NCBI GenBank assembly: GCA_937859535.1
Contig: CALLYL010000458.1
Location: 1-49,507, forward strand
Length of the DNA: 49,507 nt
Reading direction: 5' to 3'
DNA from: an uncultured Myxococcales bacterium
Lineage (GTDB): Bacteria; Myxococcota_A; Polyangia; Palsa-1104; JAEUJZ01
The notes beneath the pieces were generated by a model. The model had not been told where the DNA came from. It searched no databases and worked only from the letters and a program-made list of their open reading frames with translations. The position numbers and the translations under genes were made by a program. Positions 44,308-49,507 of the stretch are shown one piece after another. Position 1 is the first letter of the stretch; each line of letters starts with the position of its first letter.

Positions 44308-45419
44308 GATCGTCCTTCGCGGCGCTGGCGGAGCCACCGGATGGCATCGGCCAGCCCTGCAAAGCGGGGCTTTCCGTTGCGGTAACCGACGGGTCGACGG
44401 CCCTCACAGAGGGGCAGATCGCCCACCAACACGTCCCGCAGCGCTGTCAGTTTCTTACGCAACGGGACGCTGGCGCGCCAGACCAGCGTGGCCCGGAACA
44501 GGTGTGGTTCCAGGATGACAGTGTCGAGCACGGCAGTACGCTCCGCTTCGGCATCACAGAAACGAAACCGCACAGGTACGGTCCACGAAGGAAGGACGTA
44601 CTCGACCAGCTCTTGCTCGGCCATGTGTATGCAGCAGATCCGCTCACCGCCTTGGAAGTGGGGAAATTGCTGGTCCAGCGGCGCGCACTGAAAGTAGTGC
44701 GTATCGAAGTCTGCGGGCAGGTACGGCGCTCGCTCGTCGCGCCAGCGCTTGTCGTAGGTACCCGCCAACGTCACACGCGGCTGCCAGGCTCGACCCACAC
44801 AGCCAAAACCCACCGGCTCGTGGTGATCACGCGGGGACGCAATGGCACGCCCGAGCTGCTCAATGTTGGGGACGGGCAGACCGGCCATGCGGGCGCGGCT
44901 ACGATGCGGATGGAAGCCGACGCCGACCGGATTGCGCGGCTCGACCACCACTTGGTCGGGCCCTCGGCTGTCGTCGAACCCACCCCAGGCGCGGTCGAAG
45001 GTGATGGGGATTTCCGCAAAAGGGACCGGGTCGCTGATCCCCACCATACCCAGCGTCGTGGTCCAGCACCGATCACCATAGACCGTCAGCTCTTTGCGTC
45101 GCCCCTGCACCTCCAACCGTACAGCCAGCTTCGTGACACACCGCCCTGGTGGCGCGACCGCCTTGCCGACCACGATCACATCGGTTTGCGGCTTCTCTAG
45201 CGCGAAATCACTTTCGTAGCGCACGCAGGTAAAGGCGGGATCGCCGTAGTGCTCGTCAGCGGTCACCAGTGGCTGCTGTGCTTCGACAAGCGTCATCGCG
45301 CCGCCTGCACTGGTTTGGAAGGTGCCCTTGATCACCACCACACAGTGGTCGCACGCGTCCTTGTCGGTGGCGACCGTCAGCCCGGCCAGCATGCCCGTCG
45401 TATTCGCAGTGATGTGCAT
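44304..45419 (-). CDS. DUF2169 domain protein (T6SS effector adaptor/chaperone family)
   Basis: VVVIKGTFQ...LVTADEHYGDP...VRYESDFALEKPQTDVIVVGKAVAP...LTVYGDRCW follows the DUF2169 N-terminal consensus as I recall it. Confidence 0.75.
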   Translation of the reverse strand: MHITANTTGMLAGLTVATDKDACDHCVVVIKGTFQTSAGGAMTLVEAQQPLVTADEHYGDPAFTCVRYESDFALEKPQTDVIVVGKAVAPPGRCVTKLAVRLEVQGRRKELTVYGDRCWTTTLGMVGISDPVPFAEIPITFDRAWGGFDDSRGPDQVVVEPRNPVGVGFHPHRSRARMAGLPVPNIEQLGRAIASPRDHHEPVGFGCVGRAWQPRVTLAGTYDKRWRDERAPYLPADFDTHYFQCAPLDQQFPHFQGGERICCIHMAEQELVEYVLPSWTVPVRFRFCDAEAERTAVLDTVILEPHLFRATLVWRASVPLRKKLTALRDVLVGDLPLCEGRRPVGYRNGKPRFAGLADAIRWLRQRREGRS

Positions 45420-45471
45420 AACTCGGTGGTCGGCTGCTAAGCGTCACCGCTTTCAGCACCGCACAAGCACA

Positions 45472-45501
45472 CGCATAGTGAATCACCTTGCGCCTTGTCA
45501 A
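45472..45501 (-). promoter_or_regulatory. sigma70-like promoter candidate for the DUF2169 operon
   Basis: The minus strand reads TTGACA (45501-45496)-N18-TATGCG (45477-45472), about 50 nt upstream of ATG 45419. The -10 is weak. Confidence 0.25.
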
Positions 45502-45504
45502 GGA

Positions 45505-45530
45505 GGTGCCCCCCGAACGGAGGGAGCACC
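45505..45530 (-). terminator. terminator-like hairpin downstream of the DEAD-box helicase
   Basis: The minus strand reads GGUGCUCCC-UCCGUUCG-GGGGGCACC, a 9-bp stem including one G-U pair. It lies 36 nt after the TAA stop (45566-68) and is followed only by a short UCCUU. Confidence 0.4.
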
Positions 45531-45565
45531 ACGAGACAAACGCCAGGGAAACGACGGAACCGTAG

Positions 45566-48118
45566 TTATTTGCGGGCGCGTTCGCAGACGACGGCGCGGG
45601 TGCCGAGCGGCTTGCCGGACAGGGCGACGATGGTGGGCTCTACTTGTTCCTCGGGGACGAACAGGTAGGCGTGCGAGCTGTGCAGCTCCATCGGGATCTC
45701 TGACACGCCTTGGGCGGCTACAAACTGCCGCAGGCCGGTATCATCGAGGTTGTCGCGACGACCGACGTTGAGGTACAGGCGAACCTCACCGGGGCTTGGC
45801 GGTCGACTGTCCCGCAGCGGGCGGCGCGGGCGACGATCGCCACCGTCATCGGTAGCGGGCACCTCGCCACCACGGGCGGCGGGTTCCGTCGAGGGCGCAT
45901 CGCTCGGCTTGGAGGTCTTGGCGCGGGCATCGGCCCAGGCTTCCCAGAACTCGCGGCCGTCATCGGTATGGATGATGTCGGTCGGCGTGCCCGCCGGCGT
46001 CCCGATTGGGGCTTGCACCTGAGCGGGCTCAGCGCTGCGCTCGCCCGGCTCATCACGACGAGGTCCACGGCCTCGGTCCCGATCCCCATCGCGACGACGG
46101 TCATCGCGACCCGGACGCCGGTCATCACGACCCCGCCGGTCCTCGTCACGAGCTGGTCGCCGATCATCGCGAGGACGACGATCCTCACCAACATTACGGC
46201 TGTCGCCCCCGCGACCCGGTCCTTCGGGGCGGAGAATAGCACCTTCCGAGCGCGGGGCTGGCGCTTCCGTTCGTGGGGCAGGAGCTTCGGGACGCAGTAC
46301 GGGTGCTTCGGCTCTCGGTGCGGGTGCTTCGGCTCGGGGCGCGGGTGCTTCGGCTCGGGGGGCTGGAACCTCTGGGCGCGGCGCGGGTGCTTCGGCTCTC
46401 GGCGCAGCAACTTCTGGACTGCGCACGGGCGCGGGCCGGGCCGGACGACCGGCGTCATCACGCGGACGGCGATCGTCTTCACGCGGGCGGCGATCGTCCT
46501 CACGCGGGGGCCGCCGTTCGGTCGGGCGAGACGGTCCCTCCCCACCGCCCTGTGGCGGATGAGTGGGACGCGAGGGACGGTGGTTTAGGTGCTGCTCCAG
46601 CAGCATCGCCAGCACCGATTCCCCCGATTCACTCGCCAGCAGCCGCCGGAGCAGCGAGCGGTACTCGGGCCCCGGATTCTTGCTGCCGAGATCCTTGTGC
46701 AGCCGGTCCATGAACTGACCCTCGCGCAGCGTCTGCACCTCGGCCTCGGTCGGCAGAGCGCGCTCCTCGGGGCGAATCTTGTAGGTCAGCTTGAGGTAGT
46801 AGAAGTTCCCCAGCTCTCGCGGGCTGATGAGCGACACCGCGATGCCGCGCTTGCCCGCCCGTCCGGTGCGACCCGTGCGGTGGACGTAGACCTCGGCGGA
46901 CTCGGGGAAGGTGTAGTTGATGACAAACGGCAGGTCGGAGATGTCGATTCCGCGAGCTGCGACATCGGTGGCGCACAGGAACTTGAGATCCTTGGCCTTC
47001 ATCCGCTTCATCACCCGCTCGCGCTCGGTCTGGTTCAGATCCGACGAGATGGGCTCGGCGTCATGGCCGTTGTTGCGCAGGAACTCGGCAACGGCGGACG
47101 TCTCTTCGCGGGTGTTGCAAAAGATGATCGCGCTCTCGGGACGCTCGATCTCGATGACGCGCAGCAGGTCGCGCATCCGGCCCATGCCGGTGACCATGTA
47201 GTAGGCATGGACGATCTCGGCAGCCGAGATGCCCTCGCCCGATAGATGGATGTTGAGCGGCGAGCGCAGGTAGCGGTGCTGCAGGCGCAGCACTTCATCG
47301 GGAATCGTCGCCGAAAACAGCAGCGTCTGTCGCTCGGGCGGGCAGCGCTTCAGGATCTCGGTGATGTCTTCGAGGAAGCCCATCGACAGCATCTCGTCGG
47401 CTTCATCGAGCACCAGCGCCTTGACCTTCGACAGGTTCAGGGTGCCGCGTCGGATGTGATCGAGCACGCGGCCCGGCGTACCGGACACCAGGTGGGCACC
47501 GGCCTTGAGCGCGTCGACCTGACGACCCATCGGCGCACCACCGTAAATGGCGGTGATCGACAACTGCCGTTTGGCGGCGATGCGACCAATCTCGTTCGAG
47601 ACTTGCAGCGCCAGCTCGCGGGTCGGTCCGAGCGCCAGCACCTGCGGGAAGCCGTTTCGGACATCCGCCTTCGGATCGAGAATCGACTGCACAAACGGAA
47701 TGCCAAAGGCCGCCGTCTTTCCCGAACCAGTACGGGACTGAACAATCAGGTCGCGCCCGGCAATCGCGGGTCGGTACACCCGCTGCTGGACCGGCATCGG
47801 CTCGGAAAAGCCCATGTCGCGCAGGGAGCTGGCCACGTCCTCGGACAGGCCCATCTCTTCGAAGGTGCGCGGACAGGGACCGTAGTCGGCTTCAGTCAGC
47901 TCGCTTTTGGCGATGGCAGGAGGAGCGGCAGAGGTGAGCGCGGCACCTGTGGGCGGCTGGGCATGCACAATGGCAGCCTGCACAGGGACAGCTTCGGACG
48001 CAGCGCTATCGGTCAGGGCCGAAGCAGTGATGGACGATGAAACGGGGGCGGAGGCTTGGGCCTCTGCTGCGCCAGCGAGCAGCGTCTTGCTGTCGCTCGG
48101 CGAACCAGTATCTTGCAT
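45566..48118 (-). CDS. DEAD-box ATP-dependent RNA helicase with repeat-rich linker and DbpA-like C-terminal RNA-binding domain
   Basis: Q-motif region, motif I SRTGSGKT, Ia PTRELA, II DEAD (VLDEADEM), III SAT and VI HRTGRTGRAG. The C-terminal VRLYLNVGRRDNL...GKPLGTRAV resembles the DbpA domain. AGAGG lies upstream of ATG 48118. Confidence 0.9.
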   Translation of the reverse strand: MQDTGSPSDSKTLLAGAAEAQASAPVSSSITASALTDSAASEAVPVQAAIVHAQPPTGAALTSAAPPAIAKSELTEADYGPCPRTFEEMGLSEDVASSLRDMGFSEPMPVQQRVYRPAIAGRDLIVQSRTGSGKTAAFGIPFVQSILDPKADVRNGFPQVLALGPTRELALQVSNEIGRIAAKRQLSITAIYGGAPMGRQVDALKAGAHLVSGTPGRVLDHIRRGTLNLSKVKALVLDEADEMLSMGFLEDITEILKRCPPERQTLLFSATIPDEVLRLQHRYLRSPLNIHLSGEGISAAEIVHAYYMVTGMGRMRDLLRVIEIERPESAIIFCNTREETSAVAEFLRNNGHDAEPISSDLNQTERERVMKRMKAKDLKFLCATDVAARGIDISDLPFVINYTFPESAEVYVHRTGRTGRAGKRGIAVSLISPRELGNFYYLKLTYKIRPEERALPTEAEVQTLREGQFMDRLHKDLGSKNPGPEYRSLLRRLLASESGESVLAMLLEQHLNHRPSRPTHPPQGGGEGPSRPTERRPPREDDRRPREDDRRPRDDAGRPARPAPVRSPEVAAPRAEAPAPRPEVPAPRAEAPAPRAEAPAPRAEAPVLRPEAPAPRTEAPAPRSEGAILRPEGPGRGGDSRNVGEDRRPRDDRRPARDEDRRGRDDRRPGRDDRRRDGDRDRGRGPRRDEPGERSAEPAQVQAPIGTPAGTPTDIIHTDDGREFWEAWADARAKTSKPSDAPSTEPAARGGEVPATDDGGDRRPRRPLRDSRPPSPGEVRLYLNVGRRDNLDDTGLRQFVAAQGVSEIPMELHSSHAYLFVPEEQVEPTIVALSGKPLGTRAVVCERARK
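46254..46405. repeat. seven tandem 21-bp coding repeats (7-aa APAPRAE-type units) inside the helicase gene
   Basis: The units GGGTGCTTCGGCTC(T/G)(C/G)GG(T/C/G)GC at 46301, 46322, 46343 and 46385 are nearly identical. The copies at 46254, 46275 and 46364 are degenerate. Confidence 0.8.
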
Positions 48119-48488
48119 AGAAACCTCTTGAACGTGTCGCCGTGATGCTCAACGTGGCTCCGCGAGCCAGTCAGGCTCGACGGAGAAGCGAGCCGTAGCA
48201 CCCTCGTCAGGTGGACGGTTCGCATGCGCCGAGCGCACGGGACACCCATGGATTGGGGGAGTCGACTGCGGACCGCTACCGACCTTCGGCACGGCCTAGA
48301 CTCCAGGTTAAAAGGCGGCAACCCACCGAGCCCTTTACACCAGCCTGCGACGGCGCCTGGTTGCGTCGCGAGCGGGTAGACAGAGAACCGCTGTCGGTGC
48401 CCGAATAAGGCGACCTGCGGTACATCGTGTCTATACAGAAGAGGAAGAAGTGGCAAAGGCGGGCTTCGAAAATTCGCTTGGTTTTTGA

Positions 48489-48517
48489 AAGCTATCTTTC
48501 ACAAGATCCGCTGTCAA
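48489..48517 (-). promoter_or_regulatory. sigma70-like promoter candidate for the helicase, implying a ~360-nt leader
   Basis: The minus strand reads TTGACA (48517-48512)-N17-TAGCTT (48494-48489). It lies just downstream of the bilin-reductase-like stop codon. Confidence 0.3.
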
Positions 48518-48545
48518 GAAGCGCCTTGTGGGCGGACGGGCGGAG

Positions 48546-49331
48546 CTACTCAAATAGCAAGCGGCTGTAGCGCTCGGCCCAGGCATCCCCGAACGGTCGG
48601 CGCATGCGAAGACGCGGACCATTTTGGTGGAACGCGGCAAACAGAGCCTCTTGATCGCTCTTCGAGCGGCCCGGTGGTGGATCGTTGAACACTTGCAAAT
48701 ACTGCGACAGCGCTTGGGTGAGCGCGGCAAAGCCTTCTTCGACCTGGCGGGGACGCAGCTTGGCGTGGAGACCATCGCCCGAGGCTTGCTTGGCACACCA
48801 CAGCGGCCCCGATTCGCTGCCCAGCCGCAAGAAAGCGGAGCGCAGCGGGGTCAGCACGTTCTGGGTCTGCCACTCGCGCCCGTAGATCTCGGCGTTGACC
48901 GACACCCACCACGGCAGCGCCATCAGGTCGCACAGGAAGCTCGGCACATCCCATTCGTATTCGGGGAAAATCGTCAGCGCCAGACCTTCCACGGCGGGGA
49001 GCAGCGAAGGACCAACGACCACCTGGCTGAGCACGATCTTGCGGACCTTCTTGCTGCGATAGGCCCAGGTGCTAACCGACGAAACGCCGAGCGGCAGCGA
49101 GTGATTGCGGAGATCGCCGTCGATGGGTAGCTCTTCCAGCTCTAGCTGCTCACCGAGCCGGGCACGGAGCCCGTTGACCATACCGGCGATGTCGACCTCG
49201 CGCCGGGCCTTGAGGTCTTCTTCAATGGTGCGGGCGCGGTGACTGGCTTCCTCAAAGGCCAACCGTCCATAGGTCAGCCCCTTTTCAAACAAGCTCATGG
49301 TCGGTGAGGCTAACGAGCTTTCGCTCGGCAT
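48546..49331 (-). CDS. ferredoxin-dependent bilin reductase (FDBR) family protein, PcyA-like
   Basis: VRKIVLS...LALTIFPEYEWDVPSFLCDLMALPWWVSVNAEIY parallels FRKMHLE...HCVMFPEP.YGLPLFGCDIVAGP. The C-terminal FGDAWAERYSRLLFE parallels FGEAWAERYMSQVLFD of PcyA as I recall it. The start is 49331 or 49298. Confidence 0.6.
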   Translation of the reverse strand: MPSESSLASPTMSLFEKGLTYGRLAFEEASHRARTIEEDLKARREVDIAGMVNGLRARLGEQLELEELPIDGDLRNHSLPLGVSSVSTWAYRSKKVRKIVLSQVVVGPSLLPAVEGLALTIFPEYEWDVPSFLCDLMALPWWVSVNAEIYGREWQTQNVLTPLRSAFLRLGSESGPLWCAKQASGDGLHAKLRPRQVEEGFAALTQALSQYLQVFNDPPPGRSKSDQEALFAAFHQNGPRLRMRRPFGDAWAERYSRLLFE

Positions 49332-49351
49332 TCAACACCAGAGCTTGCGAC

Positions 49352-49507
49352 TTACGCGGGTGATGGCTCGCCTTCCGTCGGTGAGGCCAGCAGCCGAAGT
49401 CCCGAAGGCAGCGAGTCTCCGAAGGCAAATCGCTCTTCGCGCTCTTCGCGGGGTACGACCTCTAGCACCATCTGCGCGAGCCGCTTCCCTTCTTCATCAG
49501 CGAGCTG
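49352..49507 (-). CDS. 3' end of an unidentified CDS (5' part outside the window)
   Basis: The minus-strand frame is open from the window edge to the TAA stop at 49352-54 (..QLADEEGKRLAQMVLEVVPREEREERFAFGDSLPSGLRLLASPTEGEPSPA). It ends 20 nt upstream of the FDBR-like ORF. Confidence 0.3.
   Translation of the reverse strand, partial: QLADEEGKRLAQMVLEVVPREEREERFAFGDSLPSGLRLLASPTEGEPSPA

Noticed and set aside
29736-45470. Prophage, ICE, integron or transposon explanation for the island
   Set aside because: I recognised no integrase, transposase, IntI/attC structure, terminal inverted repeats, conjugation genes or phage structural genes. The cassettes are in opposite orientations, unlike integron cassettes. 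The 21- and 32-bp duplications are longer than typical transposon TSDs.

Overview
This is a 49.5-kb, high-G+C bacterial chromosomal segment. Its gene content looks myxobacterium-like: a sigma54 enhancer-binding regulator, a Cys-rich FG-GAP protein, a TIGR02996-like protein, DUF2169/DUF4150 T6SS cargo, and many Arg/Pro/Gly-rich shadow ORFs. That taxonomic guess is inference only. Region nt 1-29.7k holds mostly ordinary genes. These are an AidB-like fragment, a peptidoglycan-binding/lysozyme-like protein, a rhodanese + MBL-fold pair, a TolC-MFP-RND efflux operon, a divergent histidine kinase/NtrC-type pair followed by a near-consensus sigma54 promoter and a porin, pirin, rubredoxin, cytochrome c, glk, a halogenase-like flavoprotein, a CPA2 antiporter, a beta-propeller protein, cmk, an M16 peptidase, a YhbY-like protein, a GST and an FG-GAP protein. 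Region nt 29.7k-45.5k is a mosaic accessory island with no integrase or transposase. It contains, in order: (i) an XRE-HTH::EgtD-like methyltransferase fusion, a KGG stress protein and a hypothetical protein. (ii) Seven phased 42-bp repeats, each carrying a TTCCAT(T)-N3-(A)ATGGAA palindrome. (iii) An ABC/AAA-type ATPase + DUF4276 cassette bracketed by a perfect 32-bp direct repeat. (iv) phnW-phnX. (v) A 3.3-kb cassette inserted exactly at the phnX stop codon and bracketed by a duplicated phnX 3' end; it encodes a tightly coupled HEPN-like protein + KGGVGR-variant ParA/MinD-like ATPase + second P-loop NTPase. This is my best candidate for an undescribed conflict/defence system. (vi) An orphan T6SS cargo operon: DUF2169 adaptor, a thiolase/KAS-like protein, a DUF4150 PAAR-like toxin with an HNH-like C-terminus, and an internally duplicated putative immunity protein. 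Region nt 45.5k-49.5k holds a DEAD-box helicase with a repeat-rich tail and a long leader, a ferredoxin-dependent bilin reductase-like gene and a partial ORF. I recognised no rRNA, tRNA, canonical CRISPR or transposase. All family calls come from motif recognition by eye, not from database searches.
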